Origin: Candidatus Nezhaarchaeales archaeon | GTDB lineage: Archaea; Thermoproteota; Methanomethylicia; Nezhaarchaeales; WYZ-LMO8 | Length of the DNA stretch: 64,000 nucleotides | Reading direction: 5' to 3' | Assembly: GCA_038887515.1 (NCBI GenBank) | Contig: JAWAKK010000001.1 | Span: 288,001 to 352,000 of the forward strand | Part shown: one piece after another, positions 1-8,646 of the stretch | How the letters are laid out: every line of letters starts with the position of its first letter | Position numbering within the stretch: position 1 is the first letter of the stretch | Translations under genes and position numbers: made by a program | The notes under the pieces: generated by a model | The model's input: only the letters and a program-made list of their open reading frames with translations | The model's database searches: none | What the model was told of the DNA's origin: nothing

Positions 1-692
1 GATATAAGTGCATATGCGAAGCTAAGACATACGGATAGAGTTAAGCCAAACTCATCTGGTCCTATTATCTTCGCGAAAATGCGTTTTACTATGGTGACTC
101 CTGCCAGTATGAGCAATGCGGCAATAATTGTTGAAAAGATTATCGACTCGATTGCTTTGAAAAAGTCTACGTGGCCGTGAGCAACCTGTGGCAAAAGAGC
201 CAATGCTATTATTTGAATTATATCTTCCACCGTAGAAACGGTTAATATGAGCTTTCCCATATCACCTCTAAATCCGCGTTCCTCCATTAATCTATAGGTA
301 ACGGCTGTACTAGTAGATAATGATATGAGGGCTAGTATTGCTATATCGTTCCAGCTAAACCTTAAAACTAAGCCGAGTACGGTAGCGACCGTAAACGAAA
401 CTACGACCTCTCCTAAACCTATTAATGCCGGAACTACGCCAATTTTCTTGATGTTTTCAAAGCCTACTTCTCTACCTACTTCAAATGCTAGAAGAGCTAT
501 TGCTACGTCGGAGAATATCGTAAGTAGCGGAACTTCTTCCTCAACGATCGTAGGCATTATGTAACTTAAAGCGACGCCGGCTGCAATATACCCTACCACG
601 TAAGAGAACCCTAAGCGCTTAGACGTCCAAGCAAGAATAGCAGCTAGCGTAAGAAGTAGCGTTAGTATCAGGTAGCTATCTGCAATATCCAT
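1..692 (-). CDS. Cation:proton antiporter (CPA2/KefB-like), 3' end outside window
   Basis: Not in ORF track. Manual minus-strand translation from ATG at 692: MDIADSYLILTLLLTLAAILAWTSKRLGFSYVVGYIAAG...LLAFEVGRE...SLSTSTAV...TVEDI, typical CPA2 motifs; open to the window edge. Confidence 0.85.
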   Translation of the reverse strand, partial: MDIADSYLILTLLLTLAAILAWTSKRLGFSYVVGYIAAGVALSYIMPTIVEEEVPLLTIFSDVAIALLAFEVGREVGFENIKKIGVVPALIGLGEVVVSFTVATVLGLVLRFSWNDIAILALISLSTSTAVTYRLMEERGFRGDMGKLILTVSTVEDIIQIIALALLPQVAHGHVDFFKAIESIIFSTIIAALLILAGVTIVKRIFAKIIGPDEFGLTLSVCLSFAYALI

Positions 693-997
693 CAATCAGC
701 CCTCGCAATTTAATATTGGCCCCCAAATCTATGGACTTATCCTTCTCTCTAACTCTCTAAAGTTATAAAGGCTGAACATAAAGTGCACGGCTTAAATAAG
801 TATGTAAAAAGAAGGTCGACAAGCTTTTAAATAATAACGGAGAACCATCCATTGACATCCCTAAAGGTCCCCTTTTCACTTCCTCGGCGCGTACATGAAA
901 TCCAGCCTAAGACCTTCTTCTTCATATACTTAGCGATGAATAGCGCTAAATATAATATGCTCGAAGATGCATGACTCTATACGGAGGTTAGTGGCTA

Positions 998-1201
998 ATG
1001 CCCGTAGTACACGTATATGTATGGTCCAGCTTTTCTGAAGATGCTAAGAAGAGAGTTATAGTGGGAATAACGGATGTTTTCTCGGAGATGGGTATTCCAA
1101 GAGAAGCTGTTGAAATTTTAATTCATGAAACCCCCAAAGAAAATTGGGGTATAGGCGGAGAGCAAGCTAGCAAGAAATTTAAGCACATAAAGCCTCCTTG
1201 A
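998..1201 (+). CDS. 4-oxalocrotonate tautomerase family protein (DmpI-like)
   Basis: N-terminal Pro after Met, 67 aa, ENWGIGG motif, GGAGG upstream. Confidence 0.9.
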   Translation: MPVVHVYVWSSFSEDAKKRVIVGITDVFSEMGIPREAVEILIHETPKENWGIGGEQASKKFKHIKPP

Positions 1202-1274
1202 AAACGTAAGACATCAACGATGCAATCTTTTTATATAATTCAAAGTGCTTAAGATTTAAGCTTAAATGTTGAGG

Positions 1275-1541
1275 TCAAGACAATGAAGCCAATTCTTTAT
1301 CTATTGCTCTCTTAAGCTCATCTTTACTCGGAACCCTACCTGAGAACACTAGTTTTTCATTTATAACGATAGACGGTGTAATGAATACTCCGTACTTGTC
1401 GGCTTCCTCTGAAAGAACTGGTAGTTTGACGACTTTAACTTTACCGCTAAATTCTTCGGCGACTTCTTTAGCAATCTTCTCGGCTATCCTACACTTAGCA
1501 CATGGGGGTTCAGTACCAAAGATCTTAACTACTACAACCAT
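1275..1541 (-). CDS. Small thioredoxin-fold redox protein (MTH895-like), EPPCAKC
   Basis: CxxC near N-terminus, YGVFITP cis-Pro motif, FSGRVPS. Confidence 0.85.
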   Translation of the reverse strand: MVVVVKIFGTEPPCAKCRIAEKIAKEVAEEFSGKVKVVKLPVLSEEADKYGVFITPSIVINEKLVFSGRVPSKDELKRAIDKELASLS

Positions 1542-1564
1542 AATTTATCATCTCATAGCTTAGC

Positions 1565-1580
1565 ATCACGATATGTCGAT
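1565..1580. promoter_or_regulatory. Putative ArsR operator 1 (ATCACGATATGTCGAT)
   Basis: Imperfect palindrome ATCG-N2-ATAT-N2-CGAT between the divergent trx and arsR genes; similar copies at 2080 and 3312. Confidence 0.6.
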
Positions 1581-1644
1581 CAGTAAATTAATATAAAGTT
1601 TCTCTTTTAGATTTTATCGAAGAGAAAATAGACATATTTAAGTA

Positions 1645-2007
1645 TTGACTATTAAATCTATGTGTATGTATATGAGCGAAGAGCTATTGTTCGAACGTAA
1701 GATCAAGATACTCAAGGCTTTAGCCGACCCTACAAGGTTACAAATTCTGAGCTTTCTCAAAGACGGAGAAAGATGTGTATGCGAAATCATTCCAGCTATA
1801 GGAAAGGCTCAATCAACTATATCTAAGCACCTAGATATACTATATGAAGCTGGCATACTTGATAGAAGGACTGATGGAAGGAAGACACTTTATCGTGTTA
1901 AGAATTATAAAGTGTTTGACATTATTAAGGACGTGGAATCCATGGTAGTCGAGGATGTTACAACACTTATTCAGGCCCTAGGATCCTTAAAGGAGCCCAA
2001 GAAGTAG
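1645..2007 (+). CDS. arsR: ArsR/SmtB family metalloregulator (probable start ATG 1672)
   Basis: KALADPTRLQIL, ERCVCEI Cys motif, QSTISKHL HTH. Confidence 0.9.
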   Translation: MTIKSMCMYMSEELLFERKIKILKALADPTRLQILSFLKDGERCVCEIIPAIGKAQSTISKHLDILYEAGILDRRTDGRKTLYRVKNYKVFDIIKDVESMVVEDVTTLIQALGSLKEPKK

Positions 2008-2079
2008 CGACTTCTACGATTGAATAGTCGACGAATTATCTATTCAGCAACGGTACTAACTTGATCTATATAACGTATT

Positions 2080-2095
2080 ATCGACATATAGCGAT
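2080..2095. promoter_or_regulatory. Putative ArsR operator 2 (ATCGACATATAGCGAT)
   Basis: Best palindrome copy, just upstream of a TTTATA TATA-like box before the permease. Confidence 0.65.
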
Positions 2096-2138
2096 ATATT
2101 TATATCTTGGAGAATGCCCTACTTACGGCTGAAGAATA

Positions 2139-3239
2139 ATGGATTTAAGTCAGCTATCTAAGCTATTAGAGGCTGGCTTCTATGCTTTAGTTGACTACAT
2201 AGCCTACCACGTGATTACTTGCCTTATTCCTGCGTTCCTACTAGCAGGGGCTGTGAACACATTCATATCACGTGATGCCATCATCAAGTACCTAGGATTA
2301 GAGAGTCGAAAGATCATATCGTTTCCGCTAGCGGCAATTTCAAGCTTCGGACTAGCAGTGTGTTCGTGTACTGTGATCCCGATAGCTGCCGGGCTCTATA
2401 GGCGTGGAAGTAGCATAGGACCTGCCTTCATATTTCTATGGTTGGCGCCTGCTGCCAACATCCTAGCCTTAACTTACACCGGGGCAATACTTGGAGTAGA
2501 TATAGCGTTAATGAGGGTTACTGCAGCCTTCATAGTCGGCCTTGCTATCGGCCTTGCTATGTCGGTCATATTTAGAAAAGAAGAACTCTTAAGATTAAGT
2601 AAAACAGGGGGTCAAAACGTCGCCGAGAAGACTGTCGCAATTGTCAAGGATAAAAGGGATGTCGTACTAATCGTCTTGCTAATATCTACATTACTGTTAC
2701 CAAATTACCTGGGCACACTGTTAAACGGGGACAAGCTCCTAGTATATGGCTATAAGCTCCTGATTTTTGCGGTATCGTTCGTAGTAACAATGAGCTATGC
2801 ACTTAAGTTTATTGAGAGAGAAAGAGTGGGGGCATGGTTACATGAAACTTTATGGTTTGTAAGGATGATTTTCCCGTTACTCTTAATAGGGGCCTTCATA
2901 ATAGGTGTTGTAAGTAAGCTGTTACCAGAGTGGTGGATTAGGGAATGGCTTGGAGGGAATGGGTTGCTACAGACCTTTATTGCTTGCTTTATAGGGGCTT
3001 TAAGCTATTTCGCTACGCTGACAGAGGCACCTTTCGTAGCTACATTGATGAACTTAGGTATGGGCAAGAGTCCAGCGCTCGCACTTCTCTTAACTGGGCC
3101 TGGCATGAGTCTACCTAACATGTTGGCAATTAGTAGGGTTTTCACGTTAAAGAAAGCTGTGGTATGCATCTTACTAACAATCGTTATTGCCACTTTAACG
3201 TCATACGTTATCGGCAATACGTTGTGGATTACCAGCTAG
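2139..3239 (+). CDS. ArsP/DUF318 family permease
   Basis: HVITCLIPAF, LAVCSCTVIP, YFATLTE and GPGMSLPNM motifs; multi-TM; follows arsR. Confidence 0.85.
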   Translation: MDLSQLSKLLEAGFYALVDYIAYHVITCLIPAFLLAGAVNTFISRDAIIKYLGLESRKIISFPLAAISSFGLAVCSCTVIPIAAGLYRRGSSIGPAFIFLWLAPAANILALTYTGAILGVDIALMRVTAAFIVGLAIGLAMSVIFRKEELLRLSKTGGQNVAEKTVAIVKDKRDVVLIVLLISTLLLPNYLGTLLNGDKLLVYGYKLLIFAVSFVVTMSYALKFIERERVGAWLHETLWFVRMIFPLLLIGAFIIGVVSKLLPEWWIREWLGGNGLLQTFIACFIGALSYFATLTEAPFVATLMNLGMGKSPALALLLTGPGMSLPNMLAISRVFTLKKAVVCILLTIVIATLTSYVIGNTLWITS

Positions 3240-3311
3240 GAGGTCTATATAGCTTAGGCAATCTTTTTAAGCTAATGTTAATATAAAAACCTTAAATAGT
3301 TAGATTGAAAA

Positions 3312-3327
3312 ATCGTAATATAGCAAT
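3312..3327. promoter_or_regulatory. Putative ArsR operator 3 (ATCGTAATATAGCAAT)
   Basis: Third copy, between a TTAAAT TATA-like box and the GTG start of the thioredoxin pair. Confidence 0.55.
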
Positions 3328-3332
3328 ATAAG

Positions 3333-3602
3333 GTGGCAAAGATGAAGGTTAAAGTAGAATTCTTCACGGCTGAACCTCCATGTGCTGGCTGTGTAAAGTT
3401 ACTCGAACATGCCGATATAATCAAAGAGAGGTATGGTGACAAAGTCGAAGTTATAAAGCATGTAGGTCCCTGCGAAGAATTTAATAAGTACGGTTTAACG
3501 GTCGTTCCGGCGGTCGTCTTTAATGAAGGGAAAATAAAGATAATGGGTGTTTGTCCAAGCTTAAAAACTATGGAAGCGGCCTTAAGGGAATTAGGAGTGT
3601 GA
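3333..3602 (+). CDS. Thioredoxin-fold protein, EPPCAGC plus GVCPS
   Basis: CxxC, YGLTVVP cis-Pro motif; paralogue of 1275..1541. Confidence 0.85.
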   Translation: MAKMKVKVEFFTAEPPCAGCVKLLEHADIIKERYGDKVEVIKHVGPCEEFNKYGLTVVPAVVFNEGKIKIMGVCPSLKTMEAALRELGV

Positions 3603-3606
3603 GAAA

Positions 3607-3870
3607 TTGAAGGTTAAAATTGAGGTCTTCGTTTCAGAACCTCCATGCTCTGGTGGAAGATTACTCTTGAGATTAATAGATAAAATAAAAGAGGAATATA
3701 AGGATAAAATTGATATCGAGATTTACCGCGGTTTAAACCCAAAGCTCGATGAGTACGGTATAAATAGTAGCCCAGCAGTAGTGATAGACGGAGACATCCG
3801 CATAATAGGTGTTTGTCCAAGCGAAGAAACCCTAAGAGAGGCATTAAGAGAAGCGGGTGTAATGCCTTGA
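3607..3870 (+). CDS. Thioredoxin-fold protein, monothiol EPPCSGG plus GVCPS
   Basis: Tandem paralogue of 3333..3602; second Cys of CxxC replaced by Gly. Confidence 0.85.
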   Translation: MKVKIEVFVSEPPCSGGRLLLRLIDKIKEEYKDKIDIEIYRGLNPKLDEYGINSSPAVVIDGDIRIIGVCPSEETLREALREAGVMP

Positions 3871-3934
3871 TTTTCTGCGAAATCCCCAAAAGGTGATGTT
3901 ATCTATACATAGTGCTACCACGAATGGCTGTTAA

Positions 3935-4690
3935 TTAGTGTAGAAATGGCAGAAGAATGATGCCAAGAATTAAGAGTATGAAGGGTAAGTATAGATGTAC
4001 ATCTTTACTTTTGTATAGAGTAAACTTGGCGTCGGCTGGTACACCGTAAAGTACGTATGTTTCTAGGAGACTTCGTGAAGTTAGGAAAGAAAGGAGCGTT
4101 AAGGGTACTACTATTTTATAGGGTTTCTTCCCCTTGTACTTCAACTTTAAGGCTGTAGCTGCCTCTGAAAGGTAATGGATTATTGTAGGTATCTGAAATA
4201 AAACCATCGAGAGAGCCACAGCTTGTCTCTTCATTCCTAGCGCATTCATAATACTCCTCCATTCTCGTAGTGATATAAGCTGAAATATTAGTGAAAAGCC
4301 TAGGAAGAAGGCAACTAGTCTAAGCGCCCCCGGTAACAATGTTTGTAGATCAGGGGCTAACCATCCAGCTAAGTGGCTTATGAGTAGTACTACTACACCG
4401 ATGACAGTAAATAAGAGTACGAGCTTCAACCCAGCTAAAATTCCACGCATCCCTCTTACCTTGGATGCCAAGTAAAGTTCAAACAAGATTATTAGAGATA
4501 ACCTAGCACCTTCATATATCACATCTTGTGAAAGCCACCGCGTAATGAGTAGCAATATTACCGTAGAGAAAGCTAATAGAGCCCTTGACAATGTGCTATA
4601 ATCTTCCATTTTATTGGAGTAAAGGAGCATGTAGGATAGGTCTCTAATCATCCTTTTCACCAATAATTTCCTCATATAATTTAGAGGCAT
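3935..4690 (-). CDS. ECF transporter transmembrane (T) component, divergent; true start probably near 4650
   Basis: Hydrophobic ~240 aa protein downstream of the ECF ATPase and S component. Confidence 0.65.
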   Translation of the reverse strand: MPLNYMRKLLVKRMIRDLSYMLLYSNKMEDYSTLSRALLAFSTVILLLITRWLSQDVIYEGARLSLIILFELYLASKVRGMRGILAGLKLVLLFTVIGVVVLLISHLAGWLAPDLQTLLPGALRLVAFFLGFSLIFQLISLREWRSIMNALGMKRQAVALSMVLFQIPTIIHYLSEAATALKLKYKGKKPYKIVVPLTLLSFLTSRSLLETYVLYGVPADAKFTLYKSKDVHLYLPFILLILGIILLPFLH

Positions 4691-6074
4691 ATAGAAGGGA
4701 GGTCCTCTGAGCTAGGTTTAGTTCGATTAACTTGCCAGCACTGATCCCGTACACCTTATTCCAATAACGAGACTCGACAATGTCGAGGTTGCTAGTCGCT
4801 ACTATTGTTGTAACGTCATTTTTAGCGAGATGCTCCAACACTTTAAGTCTATCTTTATACGTCAGTCCCGAGAAAGGCTCATCTAAGAGCAGGATTTTGG
4901 CATTAGATATACGGGCGAGTTCTAAAGCCAACTTTACCATTTGACCGTGGCTTAAGTTAAATGGGGACTGTTTAAGGTCTATGTTTAGGCTCTTTATGTA
5001 ATCTAAACATGTATTGATGTAAGTTTGCTCCATTTTTCTGGCCTTACATATTTCCGTTACTTCATTTTCGACCGTGCTTTCCGTATAGAAGAGATTTATG
5101 TTCTGAGGTACGTATAGTACATCTGCTTTTCGCGTCACCTTGCCTTTCGAAGGCTTTAGGTAGCCGGACAGGATCTTTAGGAGAGTAGTCTTACCTTGAC
5201 CGTTAAGCCCGTAGATTAATGTCATCTCGTCTCTACGTACCTTTAGATTTATATCTTTTAACACGTAGTCGCCTCTACCGTACCTAAAAGATACCTCTGT
5301 AGCTTCGAGCAGGACATCGCCATTAACGCGCGTACAAGGTCTTAAGTTGCCGTACAGTTGTCGCCTCTCTCCATAAACTATCGAGAGAGCCTTACTGGTC
5401 ACGTCAGTTAGTAGACCACCTTTAAGTGTGTAAATTTTGTTAACACATTTTATGAGAGGCATGAATCTATGTTCAAATATGATTACGGACTTTTCAAGAC
5501 CCTCTAAGATTTTGAGGAGCTTAATGAAGTCATCTACGCCTACGTCATCAAGCCACATCAGGGGCTCGTCGAATATGAAGATTAAGGGATCAGATATCAA
5601 TGCTTTTGCTACCAAGACTCTTTTCGCTTGTCCACCTGAAAGTTCAAAGAAGTACTTATTCATCAAATCCTTTACCTTAGTAGTTTCTACAACCTTATCA
5701 AGTACTTTAGTAGCTTTCTCTACGCTCTTGTACATTCTTAAGGCATAGCCGTAAAGGTCATCGAAGACTAGAGGCTCTGTAAAATAGAGATAAGGATTTT
5801 GACCTATTAACATTATTCGATTGGAAGGAACTTCGACGTAATCTTTTCCTAACTCTCGTCCCTCTATTACTATACTTCCGTGTACATCTCCCTCATAAAC
5901 AAGCTTAGCAGAGCCTGTGAGAACTCTAGCAAGCGTTGTCTTGCCTGAGCCAGTTTCACCTATAATTAGTACTCTTTCGCCCTCATTAAGGCATATATTT
6001 ATACCCTTCAGCACCCAATCCTTATGATCATACCTAAACCATAAGTCTCTGACTTCAAGTACCCGTCTTTTCAT
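4644..6074 (-). CDS. ECF/ABC transporter ATPase with two fused NBDs
   Basis: Two Walker A motifs (GETGSGKT, GLNGQGKT), LSGGQ/LSHGQ, two DEP motifs. Confidence 0.92.
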   Translation of the reverse strand: MKRRVLEVRDLWFRYDHKDWVLKGINICLNEGERVLIIGETGSGKTTLARVLTGSAKLVYEGDVHGSIVIEGRELGKDYVEVPSNRIMLIGQNPYLYFTEPLVFDDLYGYALRMYKSVEKATKVLDKVVETTKVKDLMNKYFFELSGGQAKRVLVAKALISDPLIFIFDEPLMWLDDVGVDDFIKLLKILEGLEKSVIIFEHRFMPLIKCVNKIYTLKGGLLTDVTSKALSIVYGERRQLYGNLRPCTRVNGDVLLEATEVSFRYGRGDYVLKDINLKVRRDEMTLIYGLNGQGKTTLLKILSGYLKPSKGKVTRKADVLYVPQNINLFYTESTVENEVTEICKARKMEQTYINTCLDYIKSLNIDLKQSPFNLSHGQMVKLALELARISNAKILLLDEPFSGLTYKDRLKVLEHLAKNDVTTIVATSNLDIVESRYWNKVYGISAGKLIELNLAQRTSLLYASKLYEEIIGEKDD

Positions 6075-6652
6075 CTAAGGTACCCTGACCGTTTTAAGAC
6101 AGTATACGCAGTCATCGAAATCGATGCCACTATAAGCGCCAACGTTAAGTTAAATATAGCTACGTGCGGTAGGTACCCCAGCGTTATCATGCGTGCCTCT
6201 TCGAGGGCCTTAATCCAGCCAGCCCATAATAACCAGTACGGTGTGACTATGTAGTTCGATGCAGACATGACGCCGATTCTAGCTAAAGAAGCTATCAATG
6301 CGGCCGCTACGCTAGTCTTCCTTGTAAGCGAACACTTCGACCTTCTGCACATCAATGCTAATGGCGTGAAAGTAGAAGCTTCTGCCAAACACTTCATAGC
6401 CATACCTATAGGATCAGAGCCCATCGCTACCGGGACTACATAGTATAGGGGTAGGGAACTAAATGCATATCTAAGTGACATGAGTGATATTAACACAAGC
6501 GGTACTCCAGAGACATCATATTTTAAAAAAGGTGCCGGCGGGTATGGTATCTCAAAAAACCTAAGCACTATGGCTAGTGCTAATAAGCCAGCTACTTGTG
6601 CAATAACCTTTAGGTCGATAAGGGCAGTGGGCTTAGCCGCCATCAATATCAC
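6071..6652 (-). CDS. ECF transporter substrate-specific S component (RibU-like)
   Basis: EIPYPPAPFLKYDVSGVP motif, ~6 TM, NYIVTP, first gene of S-A-T operon. Confidence 0.8.
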   Translation of the reverse strand: MILMAAKPTALIDLKVIAQVAGLLALAIVLRFFEIPYPPAPFLKYDVSGVPLVLISLMSLRYAFSSLPLYYVVPVAMGSDPIGMAMKCLAEASTFTPLALMCRRSKCSLTRKTSVAAALIASLARIGVMSASNYIVTPYWLLWAGWIKALEEARMITLGYLPHVAIFNLTLALIVASISMTAYTVLKRSGYLR

Positions 6653-6989
6653 TCACCAAGGGGTAAATCTCTTTTCTAATACTTATTTAAGAGTTTCTAC
6701 CCAAAAAAGAGTAAAAACTTCGCCAACAGTTTAGACGTCTACGTACTTACATTAATGCTCTTGGAATCATAGGAATTCCGATAAATAGAGACCCTGTAGC
6801 TAATTTTGTAGGAAAGTTCTATTAATAAGCTTAGGGCCGAGCAAGCCGGCAACGCCTAGCCTTGAAAAGGCTATGGCTTATTAGGTCTGTCTCGAAATTC
6901 AATGCGTAAAATCCAGATAGATTATTTACGTGGTAGCCGAGCCTTAAGTACGCCTTAAATATTCTCGCCATCTATGATTTAGTTCAGAA

Positions 6990-7877
6990 ATGAGTGTCGT
7001 AATACCTTTCGATCCTTGGAAAGGGAAGCTCTGTACGTGCCCTCCAAAGTATAGCTTCTCACCATATACTGGGTGCAGTCATGGCTGTCTGTATTGCTAT
7101 GCTACTTCGTACATTAAGGTAACAAATTCTAGGCCTAAAGCCGATCTCGAGCGAAAGTTGATTAGAGATCTTGTTAGGATCATCAGAGAACTACCAATAT
7201 CAATAGCTAACAGCTCGGATCCTTATCCCCCAATAGAGTCAAAGCTGCACATTACAAGGAGATGTCTGGAGATGCTGTTGCCGCGGGGGCTGAAGGTCAT
7301 GATAATAACTAAGTCGAACATAATCGTTAGGGACATTGATCTGATATCGAAGGGTAACTGCGCAGTAAGCTTTACTGTAACGACTCTCGACGACAAATTA
7401 GCATCAATAATAGAACCCGGCGCACCTAGACCTAGTGATAGAATTAAGGCCATTAAGCGATTGAGCCAAGAAGGCGTACCATGCATAGCTAGGATAGATC
7501 CCATAATACCAGGGTTGAACGACGATTATACTAACCTAAGGAAGTTAGTTGAAGAACTCGTTAAGTCGGGCGTCAAGCATATTTCTTCGTCGACCTATAA
7601 GGCTAAGCCTGACAATTTGGCTAGGATGACTAGAGCCTTTCCCGAGAGAGCGAAGTATTGGTACTCTCTATACTATGAGGAAGGATTTAAGGTGGGGGCT
7701 TCAAGATACCTAAAAGACGATATGAGATTCAACTTAATGAAGACGATTAAGGAGATAGTCGATGAACATGGAATCTCCTTCTCGACATGCAGGGAGGGAT
7801 TTAAAAACCTGAATACAAGCACTACGTGCGATGGAACACACTTAATACCCTTAAGGATAAGGCTTGTAGGGCTTTAA
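6990..7877 (+). CDS. Radical SAM protein, spore photoproduct lyase-like family
   Basis: PYTGCSHGCLYCYA, SSDPYPPIE, ITKS, EPGAP. Confidence 0.88.
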   Translation: MSVVIPFDPWKGKLCTCPPKYSFSPYTGCSHGCLYCYATSYIKVTNSRPKADLERKLIRDLVRIIRELPISIANSSDPYPPIESKLHITRRCLEMLLPRGLKVMIITKSNIIVRDIDLISKGNCAVSFTVTTLDDKLASIIEPGAPRPSDRIKAIKRLSQEGVPCIARIDPIIPGLNDDYTNLRKLVEELVKSGVKHISSSTYKAKPDNLARMTRAFPERAKYWYSLYYEEGFKVGASRYLKDDMRFNLMKTIKEIVDEHGISFSTCREGFKNLNTSTTCDGTHLIPLRIRLVGL

Positions 7878-7958
7878 GAAATACTTGATCCTCTCGTCTG
7901 TCTAGAAGACTTATTGGTTGATAACCTACAAGAAAGTCTCTGGAGCTCCTTAGTCTCT

Positions 7959-8258
7959 CTATTCTTCTTGAATATCAACATCTTCTTCCTGCCCCCTATT
8001 TAACAAATCCATTAACTCTCTTCTTCTCTCTTCGTTAAGTTCCTTTTCTTCTTCTCTTAGCTTCCTCCTTAGTTCAGCCCTATCTTCAATCACGCCTATC
8101 TTGCTATGCTTAGTCTCTTCGATGACTCTCTTAGAGGAATAAGCAGCAGCTTCACCACTTAAAGGTTTAGAAAAACCGCATCGCTTGCAAACTAGATAAT
8201 TTTCTCCATCCTTCCTACAAGGTCTTAATAAACTTCCACACTTCTCACAGAAGTGCAA
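7959..8258 (-). CDS. TFS/RpoM-like protein with N-terminal Zn ribbon only
   Basis: MHFCEKCGSLL...LVCKRCG; charged helical/acidic tail instead of a C-terminal ribbon. Confidence 0.75.
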   Translation of the reverse strand: MHFCEKCGSLLRPCRKDGENYLVCKRCGFSKPLSGEAAAYSSKRVIEETKHSKIGVIEDRAELRRKLREEEKELNEERRRELMDLLNRGQEEDVDIQEE

Positions 8259-8315
8259 GACTCAAAACCCCATATTAATTGGCGCACTTCCTAATACGTT
8301 TAACGGTCTGTCGTC

Positions 8316-8373
8316 GCTGATGATTAATACTCTCTACGGTGATGTAGGTGAAACCACGAGAGTCTATTGAAGC
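8316..8373 (+). ncRNA. Candidate box C/D sRNA (degenerate C'/D')
   Basis: CTGATGA...GTGA...AGGTGA...TTGA with GCT/AGC ends, 58 nt, intergenic. Confidence 0.4.
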
Positions 8374-8646
8374 ATTAAAAAGTGCTTACCAACACTTTCT
8401 TAACGGATATTAGAGCATATTTGTTTAAGTGATATGGGCTACAAAACAAGATGCTGAAAACTAGAACGTTGATAAAGGTAAGATAGCAGCACTCCTTTAT
8501 CTTTTTACATACTCAACCTAATCGAGAACACGAAGATAGTACGAAAATAATATTCGTTGGACTTTAGATTTTCAATATAAAACTTATAAGGTTGTTGATT
8601 TATCAATCCTATGCGTTAGCGAATCTATGCAGGGTTACAACGATGT

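Noticed and set aside
325-564. Plus-strand 79-aa ORF and the many other short antisense or overlapping ORFs in the track
   Set aside because: Shadow frames of recognisable genes on the other strand or frame; no motifs
2537-2560. 12-bp tandem repeat CGGCCTTGCTAT in arsP
   Set aside because: In-frame two-copy repeat encoding GLAI/GLAM in a TM helix; no sign of function
3333-3870. Selenocysteine readthrough in the thioredoxins
   Set aside because: TGA codons are terminal and the active sites contain sense codons
6660-6990. Possible riboswitch upstream of the ECF S gene (TAATAAGC/GCTTATTA stem with inner hairpin)
   Set aside because: No FMN, TPP, SAM or fluoride consensus, and a TATA-like box lies right before the start, leaving no room for a leader
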